Below, piece after piece: positions 1 through 10,540 of a stretch of DNA of 64,000 nt (position 1 is the first letter of the stretch; every line of letters starts with the position of its first letter). The stretch comes from Trypanosoma brucei (taxonomy: Eukaryota), in the NCBI GenBank assembly GCA_000002445.1, contig CP000069.1, positions 736,001-800,000 on the forward strand. The letters run 5' to 3'. A program made the translations under genes and the position numbers. The notes under the pieces are model-generated. The model did no database searches. It was not told the origin of the DNA and saw nothing but the letters and a program-made list of their open reading frames with translations.

Positions 1-188
1 AAACTATGGAGAGTCTCACTTATACATACATGATGGACCATGAGGTAACGCTTATGTTCAAGGAGATTGGGGATCCTGCGGGTTGCTTGGCTTTCAAAGT
101 TGCAACAAAGTTATTTGACGGGCGTATTCTTAAGGATGGACAGAGCAAACGCGAAAAATTCCACCAGGAACAGTTTGGTGAATTGTGA
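1..188 (+). CDS. 3' end of an upstream gene that enters from before the window (partial); product unknown
   Basis: The reading frame is open from position 3 to a TGA at 186-188 (track ORF 6..188). It is on the same strand as all other genes. No recognisable motif. Confidence 0.3.
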   Translation, partial: TMESLTYTYMMDHEVTLMFKEIGDPAGCLAFKVATKLFDGRILKDGQSKREKFHQEQFGEL

Positions 189-624
189 GGTTGTGTGATT
201 TGCTCGCTCTGTGCTGTGCTGTGCTTTGGGTGGAAGTAATACAATGGTGAGCGATTTAAAGGAGTGCGCTTGGGCGCTATTGTTCGGTGTACTGAACTGT
301 TTTGTTGAATTTCCTCGTTATCAGATACGACAAGGATTGGAGGATGGACGCTGAGGGAGCGAATCAAAAAAAAACAAAACAAAGATTCTCTCTTACGTGG
401 AGAAGGACGCCTTGCGGTGTCTGATTCTTGCGGCTACTCATGCGTTTTAATGTGGGTAGAGCTACGAGCAACCCAAAGGTCTTCATTCTTCACCTTTTCC
501 GCGTGTATTCATGTTTTTTCTCTTTTGCACTTGTGTTGGACGAAACGCCGTGCAAAGTAAATAAGTGAAGTGGACGGCCGTACACGTATCTAAGCAAATA
601 AATTGATCACACCCAAATACAGCC

Positions 625-2343
625 ATGTCCTCTGTGTCAAGTGATCACATTGAGCTAATTCCTTCACTGAAAGGAGTGACGGTCTTTAGCGATCGTGCGC
701 AACTTGCATTCGTTGCAAGCACCGCACTCGAATGCGGTACACATATAATCCACCTTCGGCCAGAAGGCAATTGGGAGGATATGATTACCAACACATTGCT
801 GGTAAAAGTCCAAGACGGATCAAACCGCCACGTTGCGGTCCACGACGTTCGACTCAAACACACAGACCTAACGGAGGAAGTGCGAGAGGGGGTGAGAGTA
901 CTTAAGGATTCGATCGATGAGTTGCAGGGGAAGATTGACGCAGTCACCGACAAGAAAAAGGTTCAAAGCGCCGTTGAAGCAGCTGTTGAGAAGATTGAGA
1001 AAAAACTCATGATTATGGGCGAGCGGGATTGCCCATCGCGTGCTCATAAACAGTTAACAGATACGACGGCGATCACGTTATTTCTCTCTCAACCATCATC
1101 GTGGATGGAGCTCATTTGTTTCATAAGCGGCCGCAAAAGACACGTTAGGGAGTGTTTGCTGGAGTTGAAGGATGAAGAGACGAAGCTTCAGGCGAGCTTG
1201 TCAAAACTCCAGGAAGAACTAGGAGAGATGCAACGTGGAAAGCGAAGGCAGCGCCGCAACACAACTGTTGAGGTAACGTTAACGGTTCGTGAGCAACCCA
1301 CCGAACTGAAACTTAACGTTAGTTTTGTTGTTACAGGAGCATCTTGGAAGCCATTATATGACATGCGTGTGAGCTCGAGTGCTTCAACTATGGATCTTAC
1401 GTACTACGCGCAGGTGCAGCAGCGTACGCCCATAGATTGGAATAAGGTTCAACTGAAGGTGAGTACGGCGGCACCCCATTTCGGAACTCAGCCGCCCAAA
1501 TTGGCAACGTGGAGGATTAGTCTCAAACCGCCTATTGCCAACTTGAAACCGCGTCTTCTAGCAATGAATTTGAGGGGGATGCCCATGCCGTGTGCTGCGA
1601 AGGCCGTGGACACGACTGATTGCAACGCCGCCCCCAGAGAGGCGAGGGTGAAGCAAGCCATCGTCTCTTCCTCGTCACCCTTCTCAGGTGCCATCAGTTC
1701 ATTCCATGTTCTTGGTCTTACCACAGTAAGAAATAACAACCGATTGGTAAAGGTTGCCATTGCGAAGCAGACATTTCCGGTCGAGTTGGAGTATCACGCA
1801 GTGCCGAAGAGCGATAAAAGGGTGTTTCGAACTGCAAAGGCAAAAAACACAAGTCCATACATATTCCTTCCGGGGAAAAGTCACATTTTTGTTGATAGCA
1901 CATTTATGTGTGGTTCGAGGTTGGATTTGGTACCGGCTGGGGCGGATTTCAGCGCTTCCCTTGGCGCCGACGAGAGAGTGGAGGTTGTGCGTAAGGAGGT
2001 CAAGCGTACTCGTTCCATAGTAACGAGAGTTGTGCGCTCCCCACTCGTGCGTATGGACCACGTATATGAATTTTCCGTGAAGGGAACAGTACAGAGGGAA
2101 ACTACGCTGCTGGTGCGTGACCAATGTCCCCTGTCACCTGATGATGAGGTGAAGGTGTGTGTTGTGGAGCCTAGTTCCAAGGCATTAAAGGGGAGATTAA
2201 CTGCCGACGGCATGAAATGTGCCATGGACCAGATGGGGATGATAGAATGGAAATTGAAACTTTCACCTGGGGCGAATAATCACGTATTTCGGTACGCGTT
2301 CCAGGTGGAGCACCCTGAGAGGTTGACTGTTCGAGGCGTGTGA
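625..2343 (+). CDS. Conserved hypothetical protein, DUF4139/DUF4140-like (coiled-coil in first third)
   Basis: 572 aa ATG-initiated ORF. Central segment VSFVVTGASWKPLYDMRVSS...LTYYAQVQQRTPIDWNKV resembles the ASW.P.YD region I associate with DUF4139 (MuiA-like) proteins. Lys/Glu-rich coiled-coil stretch at aa 80-210. Poly(T) tract in the 3' flank. Confidence 0.55.
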   Translation: MSSVSSDHIELIPSLKGVTVFSDRAQLAFVASTALECGTHIIHLRPEGNWEDMITNTLLVKVQDGSNRHVAVHDVRLKHTDLTEEVREGVRVLKDSIDELQGKIDAVTDKKKVQSAVEAAVEKIEKKLMIMGERDCPSRAHKQLTDTTAITLFLSQPSSWMELICFISGRKRHVRECLLELKDEETKLQASLSKLQEELGEMQRGKRRQRRNTTVEVTLTVREQPTELKLNVSFVVTGASWKPLYDMRVSSSASTMDLTYYAQVQQRTPIDWNKVQLKVSTAAPHFGTQPPKLATWRISLKPPIANLKPRLLAMNLRGMPMPCAAKAVDTTDCNAAPREARVKQAIVSSSSPFSGAISSFHVLGLTTVRNNNRLVKVAIAKQTFPVELEYHAVPKSDKRVFRTAKAKNTSPYIFLPGKSHIFVDSTFMCGSRLDLVPAGADFSASLGADERVEVVRKEVKRTRSIVTRVVRSPLVRMDHVYEFSVKGTVQRETTLLVRDQCPLSPDDEVKVCVVEPSSKALKGRLTADGMKCAMDQMGMIEWKLKLSPGANNHVFRYAFQVEHPERLTVRGV

Positions 2344-3030
2344 TCGGGAAATATATATATATATATATATCCATTTGTTGATCTGTCCCTGCCATCAGAA
2401 GGTCTTGACTTAGTGTTTCTTTTTTTTTTTTTTTACAACTATCACTACGATTATTGCCGATATTACTATCTTCATCTGTTTGGAAGCATACGAAAAATAC
2501 TTTCTGTTATTGTGCGCGGAATATTCGTCACATCGTGAAAAATGTAAACTGAACAAAAAGGAAAAGGGGGTTAAGGAAGAGCTTTGTAAAGGTATTTCTA
2601 CGACATATACCTTGTTATTGTTATCGTTGTTGCTTTAATATATTTTTTGAATCAGTGCTCTACCTGTGGACGTGTGCATGTACCAGTTCCTCCCCATTTT
2701 CATATATATGTGCTTTTACATATGCATAGGTATGTTCTTTATGTGTTAATATGACTGTGAGCGGCGAGTGTGGTCAGACGTTTTTTTTTTTTGGAGGGGG
2801 GAAATATGATCTCTAGAAGAGAAATTGTTTTATTTAACATATAAAAATGGTGTGTGTGCATGCAATATATAGTTAACAACTTTATCTCCATACTGCTTCC
2901 TTTATTTTTTTTCTCGTTCGTGTAGCGTCCGTTCTCTTTTTTGTTCTCATATATTGTTGCCTTCTGCCTTGGGCTCTGTCCCCTCCTTTTAGAAACTGCT
3001 TGGTACTTTACTCTGCGTGTTGATATATTG

Positions 3031-3092
3031 TCTTTTCTTCCCTCTCTTTTCGACAATGTTGTTCCTTTCCTTTTTTGTTTTCTTCCATGCAC
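3031..3092 (+). promoter_or_regulatory. Polypyrimidine tract (candidate trans-splicing acceptor signal) upstream of the GCP gene
   Basis: A >60 nt C/T run (tctttcttccctctcttttcgacaatgttgttcctttccttttttgttttcttcc) with downstream AG, about 240 nt upstream of the ATG. Confidence 0.45.
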
Positions 3093-3331
3093 ATGGGTAC
3101 AAATACTATCCTGCCTATGCTGAGCCCTGGCTGCGGATTAAGGAGACGAAACCTCCTCCCCACTCCAGCAAGTTTCACAACTCACACTTGCATCACTTGC
3201 TTCTCTCCTAGCGGCCAACATTTCCAACTTTTAACCGGTAGTGCGCTTTGAATTGAGTCACACGACAAGCAAAAATTTTCCATAGAAGGTGGAACAGGAA
3301 GAGAAATATAAGGTTACAAAGAATAGTGACC

Positions 3332-5341
3332 ATGGAAGAACTGCAGTGCGCTCTTCTCGGGTTTCACTCCGCGTCGTTACCCTTCGAGATATTGAAGGAT
3401 TCTCCGTGTGATGCCGGAGTTACTGGCACTTTCTCGCAGCTCCACCCATCCGAGCGGTCGTTGGTCGGGGAGGTGTTGCCACTCGGGGAGATGTGTCAAA
3501 CGTTACGGGCTCTTGCTACTGACTTTGCTGTTGGACGCACAGATGGGCTCTACATTTCAGCTATTGCATCCGCTGTCGTGCAAATACTGCGTAGTTACGA
3601 GGAATCCGTCCGAGCTGCTGTAACGCCGTCCTCGGTTGTGTCGCTCCGACCCACGTACTTTCTCGCTTTTTCACTTATCATGGAGATGGTTCAGCAGCAA
3701 AAGAATGCAGATCTTCTCCTTGTAACAATACAGTCGTTCCTTTCAAATCGGGAGATCCCCCAGAAGTTTAGGCTGTGGATGGGCGAGGCTGTGTGGATGT
3801 CTCTCCTTTATACCATTGGACACTATGTTGCTCATGGTGTTGTGCTCCATGGCCGCCGTGACTTCTTTATTTCTGTGAAGTCAAAGGGAGGAAAGGAGGA
3901 CCACACACTGCATAGTGATCTCCTTCCTCATGGCATACCCATGGAACTTGGCTTACTGATACTCTCAGTGGGAAAAGAGCGGCGGGTTCTGCTCAGTGAC
4001 GCTGAGAGTCACGGCAAGGAATATCTTGAGCAGCTTGCGTTGGGTGCGCAGGATGAGGCAGCGGATGCGGTGTTTAGGGCTATTTACCACCCATCGCTGT
4101 GTGTGAATGGTTTCCTCGTAGTGGATGAGCTGGAGACACGTGTTGAGGAAACGCATGCACTGTGGTCAAAGGCCTTGTGGCTTAAAGTTAGTAAACAGGT
4201 TGACCTGCGGAAACACATAGATGCGATGCGGGCGATGTTCTTGTGTCATCGCGGGGACTTTTGGCATACGTTTGTGGAGACCGCTTTTTCAACTTTTGTG
4301 GATGATACCATTTCACGATCGACGGTAACGGAGGCGGTGGTCAACCGGACTGCTGCGGATGCATTTGCATATGCACTGGAAATGTCAGGTTTAGGGGATG
4401 TGCGCGTGTTTGAGCGCTTCAGCACATTTGTGCGGCTCCCAATTGAGGCAGAGGAGGGTGAAGGAAGCGGGACTTTGCGCTCCATTGAGGATACGGCTCG
4501 AGCAATTCTGAGCTGCATGCGTGGCTTAGGGCTTCATTACGTTCCCCCGCGAGGTTTGCAACTTGTTGTGTCACCCAAGGCTATGGAGTACTATCAGCGT
4601 ATCTTTTCATTTCATATTGTGAGGCGCTTTTCACTACACGCACTTCATTCTGTTAGGGGTCTCTTTTCTGAGGCACTGCTAACGAACAAGAACCCGTCGC
4701 CGGAGCTCCGCCGTGCCTTTGCAATAATGCAATTGTTGTTATTTCTCCAAACCACATTGGGTTACTATCTCCAGGTGGATGTGATAGTGCTAAGAAATGC
4801 TGAACTTGACAAGGCAATGGCAAAGTGTAAGAGCGTGCAAGATGCAAAGAGGTGTTTAGATCGCTACGTATGGCATATTACCGAAGGCTCTTTTATTGCT
4901 GAAGGGTCTAATGCACTTTTTTCAGCGTGCGAGGCTCTTTTCCAGTGTTCGTTTGCCCTCTATGTGCTTTGCAAGCGTTACAGGCTAGTTTCGTGGGCTG
5001 TTGAAGGCTCACGGATTCCGATAGAAGTGTTGGCTGCACTTGCAGCTTTGGAGACTCGTGTGCATCAGGAAATTATTGCCGCGTTTACGGGGCACCTTTC
5101 GGGATCTTCAACACGTGGGAACGAGCGGGCTCTGTGGGCTCGCCTGGACTTTAACCGATTCCTCTCCGCGGGGTTGTATGGTGGACCTTCTACTGTATTT
5201 CAGCAACCCCAGCGGCCTGTGCCCAGTAGAAGTTTATCAAGTTCCTTAAAAAGTTTGCGGGGCCCCACGCAGAGCCGACTCCGCGGGGAGCGAACGACAA
5301 AAGGAACCAGTTCCCCCACACCGAAAGCAGGGCACCGGTAG
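3332..5341 (+). CDS. Gamma-tubulin complex component (Spc97/Spc98 = GCP family; GCP4-sized)
   Basis: First ATG at 3332; the track ORF starts at GTG 3326. Motif MRAMFLCHRGDFWHTFVETAF matches the GCP GRIP2 signature (y-LL-x-GDF-xx-F-hd). 669 aa is close to GCP4 length. A polypyrimidine tract at 3031-3092 precedes it. Confidence 0.5.
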   Translation: MEELQCALLGFHSASLPFEILKDSPCDAGVTGTFSQLHPSERSLVGEVLPLGEMCQTLRALATDFAVGRTDGLYISAIASAVVQILRSYEESVRAAVTPSSVVSLRPTYFLAFSLIMEMVQQQKNADLLLVTIQSFLSNREIPQKFRLWMGEAVWMSLLYTIGHYVAHGVVLHGRRDFFISVKSKGGKEDHTLHSDLLPHGIPMELGLLILSVGKERRVLLSDAESHGKEYLEQLALGAQDEAADAVFRAIYHPSLCVNGFLVVDELETRVEETHALWSKALWLKVSKQVDLRKHIDAMRAMFLCHRGDFWHTFVETAFSTFVDDTISRSTVTEAVVNRTAADAFAYALEMSGLGDVRVFERFSTFVRLPIEAEEGEGSGTLRSIEDTARAILSCMRGLGLHYVPPRGLQLVVSPKAMEYYQRIFSFHIVRRFSLHALHSVRGLFSEALLTNKNPSPELRRAFAIMQLLLFLQTTLGYYLQVDVIVLRNAELDKAMAKCKSVQDAKRCLDRYVWHITEGSFIAEGSNALFSACEALFQCSFALYVLCKRYRLVSWAVEGSRIPIEVLAALAALETRVHQEIIAAFTGHLSGSSTRGNERALWARLDFNRFLSAGLYGGPSTVFQQPQRPVPSRSLSSSLKSLRGPTQSRLRGERTTKGTSSPTPKAGHR

Positions 5342-6360
5342 GTAATATTCGGGTGGCTCTGGTGACCACGAAATTTGACATAGTTCCCCGATTATCCTTT
5401 CATATTTCTCGATCGCTTGTTTCTATACTTCACGAAATGCTATGTTTCCTTCGCTGTACTCAAGAAAAGTGAGGAGGCGAAGGCAAGTATGGTTTTGTGA
5501 ACATAACCCTCTTGTAACTGCTTGTAAATGTGTTCTTTATCGCTTTACACGGCTCTTTTTTTTTTTTCGTTGTTGTTGTTATTGAATGCACCTTTTTCTT
5601 TATGCCATTTCCTTTTTTCCTCATCGTAGAAGTTTGTTAAAGCAGACATAAACGGGTACGGGTGGATTCGGGGATATGGATTAGGAAAGGGATGTCCATA
5701 GTCGTTCAGCAACTATCTTTCTAGCGGTATCATACTATTCATTCTTAATGTCTTCTTCCCGCAGGTGTTTCGCGGCACGTCGACGACAGCTTACTATATA
5801 TATATATATATATTTCACTGTATTTGTGTCTGTACGCGCGTACAGAGTGTTTCTACAAACCGGTTGCTCAGGTGTGGCTCCCTCGTCCCACGCAACGCAT
5901 TGTTGAAAAGGTGGACTAAAGCCTTCTGTGCCGTGCAGCAGATGGTGGAAGCTGCATTTCCGTTTAAATCGTTCCCGTTTTCCTTTTCTTCTACATTCCC
6001 ATGCGCTTCCTCCTCTTCTTTCAATGTCGGGTCAGGCAGGGAAGACATTCAGCTGCTTGTACGGTGTTTTTGAGTGGTTGATATTTCACAAATGTGTGTG
6101 ACTTTTTGTAAGAAATAGTGTGTGTGTGTGTGTATGTGGAAATAACACATTATTTCATGTCTGCGTGCGCAAGCATCCTGATCCGAGTACTCGTTGGTTT
6201 GCTTTGCTAAATATTTGCTCCCACTTCTGCTAGTATCGTTTTTTTTTTTTTGCGCCATCTCCTCATTAATTAATTAATTATGATTTGCTCCGCTCCGTAA
6301 TCATCTAACTGTTTAGGTGTAGTTTCAACCGTGTGGGTGTGTTGTCTGTAACATTAGTAG

Positions 6361-6975
6361 ATGAAGAGACCATGGGGTGAGTCCGTTGGGACGCAGAGCA
6401 ATCACACTCGCACGGATGGAGTCCAAGAGCCGTCCGCTTCTGCTGAACTCGCTGCATCCGCAAATGATGACACGCAAGTGAGAAGTGACGGGCGTAACGT
6501 ACGTGTAAGAAGTTCAGGTTCTCCACGTACAATTGATACGGGTAATGGGGGCGGTTCAACAGTCGTATCACCACAGCGTCAGTTGAGTGACCAACGGTTA
6601 CCGCAAGCATCCTCGAGACATGAATTGCTGGAGGGCACTTCTGAGTTTCTGTTGCGTACGGAGGGGAATATTCCATGCTCCTTTGGTAATGTGCCGAAGG
6701 ATTCTATAGGTTATGAATCGCAGTGCTGTTGGAACTTGTACAATAATACGGGAACAACGCACTATGAACCACCATGGAGGACGTGCTTAGCTGTGGAGAA
6801 GAACCGGGAGAACCCCTATTATTTGCCATGGCTTGACTCCATGAAAATACCTCCACTGGATGAATTACTTTCGAAAGTAGACGAGCGGAAAAGCAAAGCA
6901 GCAACCTCTGGTGATGTGGACTCCGGCACGAACGATTCTAATGTAAAAGACGGATCTACGAAGCATGCGGATTAG
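6361..6975 (+). CDS. Hypothetical protein (Ser/Thr-rich N-half, Cys/Trp-containing C-half)
   Basis: 204 aa ATG ORF on the coding strand. It sits about 1 kb downstream of the previous gene and 0.4 kb upstream of the next. C-terminal segment CSFGNVPKDSIGYESQCCWNLYNN...PYYLPWLD is not low-complexity. No family recognised. Confidence 0.4.
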   Translation: MKRPWGESVGTQSNHTRTDGVQEPSASAELAASANDDTQVRSDGRNVRVRSSGSPRTIDTGNGGGSTVVSPQRQLSDQRLPQASSRHELLEGTSEFLLRTEGNIPCSFGNVPKDSIGYESQCCWNLYNNTGTTHYEPPWRTCLAVEKNRENPYYLPWLDSMKIPPLDELLSKVDERKSKAATSGDVDSGTNDSNVKDGSTKHAD

Positions 6976-7386
6976 CCACGGTTACCAGCATAATTGCGGG
7001 TGCGTTTGCAAAGAGCAGCATCGTTCTCAAATGTTTCTCTCTCACTTTTTTTAATCCCTCAGTTTCACGGTACAGCGGGAGGCGTGCACAAGCTTTCGCT
7101 TAATAGTCGAAAGCTGCGTTGATTAAGCATGTAGGGGACATCCCTTCTCCGTACCGCTTGGATACGTATCTACTCATCTCTCTAATTTATTTGGTGAAAG
7201 TGTTCCTCTCATGTGCTCTTTACGTAGTGGTACTTTCTTCGTTTTTTTTAAATTTCTCATAATACTGTTGCCGTCGACGTGGTTACCGCTTTCTATTCAA
7301 ATTTATATAATTACTGATAGCCGTTCAGAAGTTATTAGCGACATTGATCGGGGCGTGAAGCGAGTAAAAGGTCAGTAAGGTGAAGT

Positions 7387-8070
7387 ATGCGTCGTGCACT
7401 TGTATTCACAGCTTTTGCTGCTAACTCAGCCGCAGCAGCTTTCGCTGCTTCTTTTGCCAAATCACACACGGCGGTGGTAACAAATCCAACGGTACCCCAA
7501 CCCGTCTACATGCAGCAACGCTTGGTATCGGACCAACGACTTTCTGAAGCCACTTTACGTGAGTTGGAGGATGAACGCCAACGCGCTGGACTACCAGAGA
7601 AACCGGAAATACCTGAGGGGTGGACAATAGACCGTAAGCCTGGTGTGACACATTTCACAATGCGCAAATCCCATGGGGACGAGGAAATTATCCTGCAACT
7701 CACAGGAGAAGATAGATCAAATGAAGAGATCACGCGCACTCTCGATGTTTTGGTGGTTAATGGCGGGAAGGCGTTGGTGTTTGGCATGAGTGTGGAGGAT
7801 GGCGAGTTTGTGATCAACAATGTCTGCTTCCGGCATGACGGAAAACTAGCCTTGGACACGTCGGCAGAAGCACAGTTTCAGAAGAGCCAGCTGTACATGG
7901 GCCCCGACTTGGCTGATCTGGAGGACCATCTTGTGGACAGCTTTACAAGCTATTTGAGTGCACGTGGCGTCAATGATACGCTGGCTAATTTCATTGACCA
8001 GTTCAGCTTGTGGTCAGAGCAGGCGGACTACGAAGAGTGGCTGAGCAGCATTAACAAATTTGTTTCGTAA
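7387..8070 (+). CDS. MAM33/p32/gC1qR-family mitochondrial acidic matrix protein (kinetoplastid p22-like)
   Basis: N-terminal Ala/Ser-rich presequence (MRRALVFTAFAANSAAAAF). Acidic C-terminus LVDSFTSYLSARGVNDTLANFIDQFSLWSEQADYEEWLSSINKFVS matches the conserved MAM33 C-terminal helix (DxFxxYLeeRGidxxfaxFlxxyxxxKEqxEYxxWLxxvkxFv). Confidence 0.7.
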   Translation: MRRALVFTAFAANSAAAAFAASFAKSHTAVVTNPTVPQPVYMQQRLVSDQRLSEATLRELEDERQRAGLPEKPEIPEGWTIDRKPGVTHFTMRKSHGDEEIILQLTGEDRSNEEITRTLDVLVVNGGKALVFGMSVEDGEFVINNVCFRHDGKLALDTSAEAQFQKSQLYMGPDLADLEDHLVDSFTSYLSARGVNDTLANFIDQFSLWSEQADYEEWLSSINKFVS

Positions 8071-8645
8071 CGTAAAGAGGAGAGGAGGGGGGGGGGCGGG
8101 AGCACAACACAAAAAATAAAGAGAACTGTGGAAAAAAAACAAGAAAGGGGTCTATAACTAGACTGCTCCAGTAAACATCTTTGGTTCCATTGTTGCTGGT
8201 GTTGCAAAGCTACATTTAATGAATTCCTGACTTTTCTGTTTGACTCTCTTAGTTATTTTTGTTTGTGCGGAAATCATTTTTTTTTGTTTTTACTTCTCGG
8301 GTCGAAGGGGCAGCAAAAGTACCGGCAGAAAGACGATATCGAAGATGAAAATGAAGGGGAGGGGGAGGGGAGAACACGGCGGCGTGATGCTTGTGGTAGT
8401 GGACAGTGGAAGGACAAGGGAGGGGCGATGATGCGAAAAAATTCGGACAAGCATAAATAGTTGCTCATTTTTTTGTAAGGAAGGACCATGGAGAAGGTTT
8501 GGTGCCATGGATATGAGTCACATTATTTGGATACCTGTCGCACTTATGTGCCCTTTTCTTCTGTTCAAGATGAGGGAGAAATCCGATAATGGTCAACTTT
8601 TGTAGTTATTACTGATTTGGACGCCCAAATTGCTTCCCTCCACTT

Positions 8646-8712
8646 TTTTTCTTTTCATTCGTCTTCTTTCGTTCTTGTACGCTGCCCCCCCCTTCGTATT
8701 CGTAGTGCGGCG
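8646..8712 (+). promoter_or_regulatory. Polypyrimidine tract upstream of ATG5
   Basis: ttttttcttttcattcgtcttctttcgttcttgtacgctgccccccccttcgtattcg. Typical kinetoplastid splice-acceptor and polyadenylation-guiding element. Confidence 0.45.
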
Positions 8713-8930
8713 CGTAATGGTACTACTTCCTTTTTTTATTGCCTTTCTTCACCCATTTCTTTCCAAAATGTGGCTGACCTGCATCTTGATTTGAATTCTC
8801 TTATTTCACATATTATATCACCTGAACACGCGTATGCTAAAGTGAATAAGCGAAGACACTCCACACATTTGGGGTGTTGGTCCCATTTCCCCGCTCATCA
8901 GACGTATTGATTTCAAACGTGTGCATAGAC

Positions 8931-10271
8931 ATGGCTACAGAAGCGGAGGAATACGTGGGAGGTGTACCAATTATCGTGTCGCTAAGTAAGACGGACTGCA
9001 CCATTATGGAGGAACCACCTTCACTTTCATATTTGCTGCCGCGCACAACGGCGTTAATGGCAATACGCGATGATGTACAAAAGTTCTTTTCACCCTTCAT
9101 AGCTGCGCAAGTGGACACTCCACTACTGGTTTGGTTCACATACAATAATGAACCTGTTCCGTGGCAATACCCTGTTGGTGCTATAAAGGACAGTATCATA
9201 GCTCTAAAGTTGTGTGAGGGAAGTGGAGCGGATGTGCCTTTCCTTCCAGATACGGTGGCAGCGCTGCCCTCCCCCGCAGAATTGAACCCACACTCATTTA
9301 CTGTGCCATTATTGCTGGAGGCGCGTGTTACTTGTGTTTCGTCTGACAAACCTTTAGGAGTTCCATGTCCTGGGCAGGAGGACAATACGGCGTGTCGAAA
9401 CTCTGAACAAACCGTACGAGACTACTTAAAGCAAATAATGAAAGGAACATTTTCTGCCATGTATGGAAGCATAAAAGGGATAATGGACGCTCGCAACGAG
9501 GTCATCAACGATATGTTGAACTTCGCTTTGTGTACGCATATGGGGGAACCGTTGGTGCAGGCGTTAAGAGCGCACAACGAGCGTATGACAGTGCTGCGGC
9601 GTACAGTGCGCAACTTCTCAAATGTTGCTGTTATGATCAACATGCCTTTGGCGAATAAATTCATGCATTTTGCTCTTTTTCGTGTTCCTGCATCTACATG
9701 CATGGCGTCTCAGGGTGGTGGTTCTACTTTGAAGGGTGGAGATTTCAGGTCGAGTATATCGAGTGTGGAACAATCAAGTGGAATAGTGGAAAGTGTACAA
9801 ATTGGACAAAGCGTTGATGGTAATGACGGTGGAATGGGGGCGAGCAACGCGACAGTTGTAGCCGATGACTGTAATGTAACATTTGGAGAAATTATTTGGC
9901 GCGCTTTGCTAGTGCCGTGGTGTAGAAGAAGCAAACAAGCCGTTCCCGACGGTGCGCCTGCAGATCCTGCAGCGCCGTTCTTTCAAGCCTTATCACGCTT
10001 TTATGAAGGTATGAATGATTATGTAGCGTTAGGTGGTGTCGTTTCCTCTTCACAAGCGGGAGTACTGATCGACAAATTTATTTCGTGCAGTAATGCAGAA
10101 AATGATGCGGATGGAATATATGTTACGTCTTCCACCGCACCAACTCGGCGTCAACGCCTTGGTTTCGTTGTTCAAGGAACATGCCCTCCTCTTCAAACTC
10201 CAGTGAAGTATTTGCTGGAACGGTTTACATCCGCCGATGGGAGGTTGTACGTCACATTTACAGTGTTTTGA
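8931..10271 (+). CDS. ATG5: Autophagy protein ATG5
   Basis: First ATG at 8931; the track ORF starts at GTG 8874. N-terminal region IIVSLS...PPSLSYLLPRTTALMAIRDDVQKFF...LLVWFTYNNEPVPWQYPVGAIKD parallels the ATG5 N-terminus (IP...PYYLLLPRVSYL...[20 protein letters not shown]). 446 aa, longer than the opisthokont protein. Confidence 0.7.
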   Translation: MATEAEEYVGGVPIIVSLSKTDCTIMEEPPSLSYLLPRTTALMAIRDDVQKFFSPFIAAQVDTPLLVWFTYNNEPVPWQYPVGAIKDSIIALKLCEGSGADVPFLPDTVAALPSPAELNPHSFTVPLLLEARVTCVSSDKPLGVPCPGQEDNTACRNSEQTVRDYLKQIMKGTFSAMYGSIKGIMDARNEVINDMLNFALCTHMGEPLVQALRAHNERMTVLRRTVRNFSNVAVMINMPLANKFMHFALFRVPASTCMASQGGGSTLKGGDFRSSISSVEQSSGIVESVQIGQSVDGNDGGMGASNATVVADDCNVTFGEIIWRALLVPWCRRSKQAVPDGAPADPAAPFFQALSRFYEGMNDYVALGGVVSSSQAGVLIDKFISCSNAENDADGIYVTSSTAPTRRQRLGFVVQGTCPPLQTPVKYLLERFTSADGRLYVTFTVF

Positions 10272-10540
10272 TGGATCATATGAATTACATTTCCATGGGC
10301 GCTGAAATAGCTTCTACTACTGATAAGAAAGTGGGGCAAAGTGAGTGAGCTGCGGTTGTTGTGATTGGAGTTATTGTTTAATTGCCTCAGTGTCTCACAC
10401 GTTCACGTTTTGCATTTGTGAATACACTGTTGTTCTTCTGACTACCCTCCTGCTTCTTATTTATGTTGCATTTTTTCTTTTTGATAATCAAAATATTGTA
10501 TCATTTTACAGTTGCAAGGTAATAGTAGTGGCATCTGCTA

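Noticed and set aside
3326-3331. GTG/TTG-initiated 5' extensions given in the ORF track (3326, 8874, 21376, 22849, 25641, 28292, 47325, 52782, 54722)
   Set aside because: The extensions run into pyrimidine-rich splice-acceptor regions or A-rich UTR-like sequence. The first in-frame ATG was preferred in each case.
5341-5348. GGTAGGTAAT immediately after the GCP gene stop, resembling a 5' splice site
   Set aside because: cis-Splicing is extremely rare in trypanosomatids and there is no downstream branch/acceptor context or continuing ORF.
8837-9385. 182 aa minus-strand ORF overlapping ATG5, plus similar antisense ORFs (e.g. 1699-2124, 18122-18533, 22139-22558, 63198-63731) opposite other genes
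   Set aside because: They lie antisense to well-supported + strand genes and lack domains. Kinetoplastid arrays are single-stranded, so these are expected chance ORFs.
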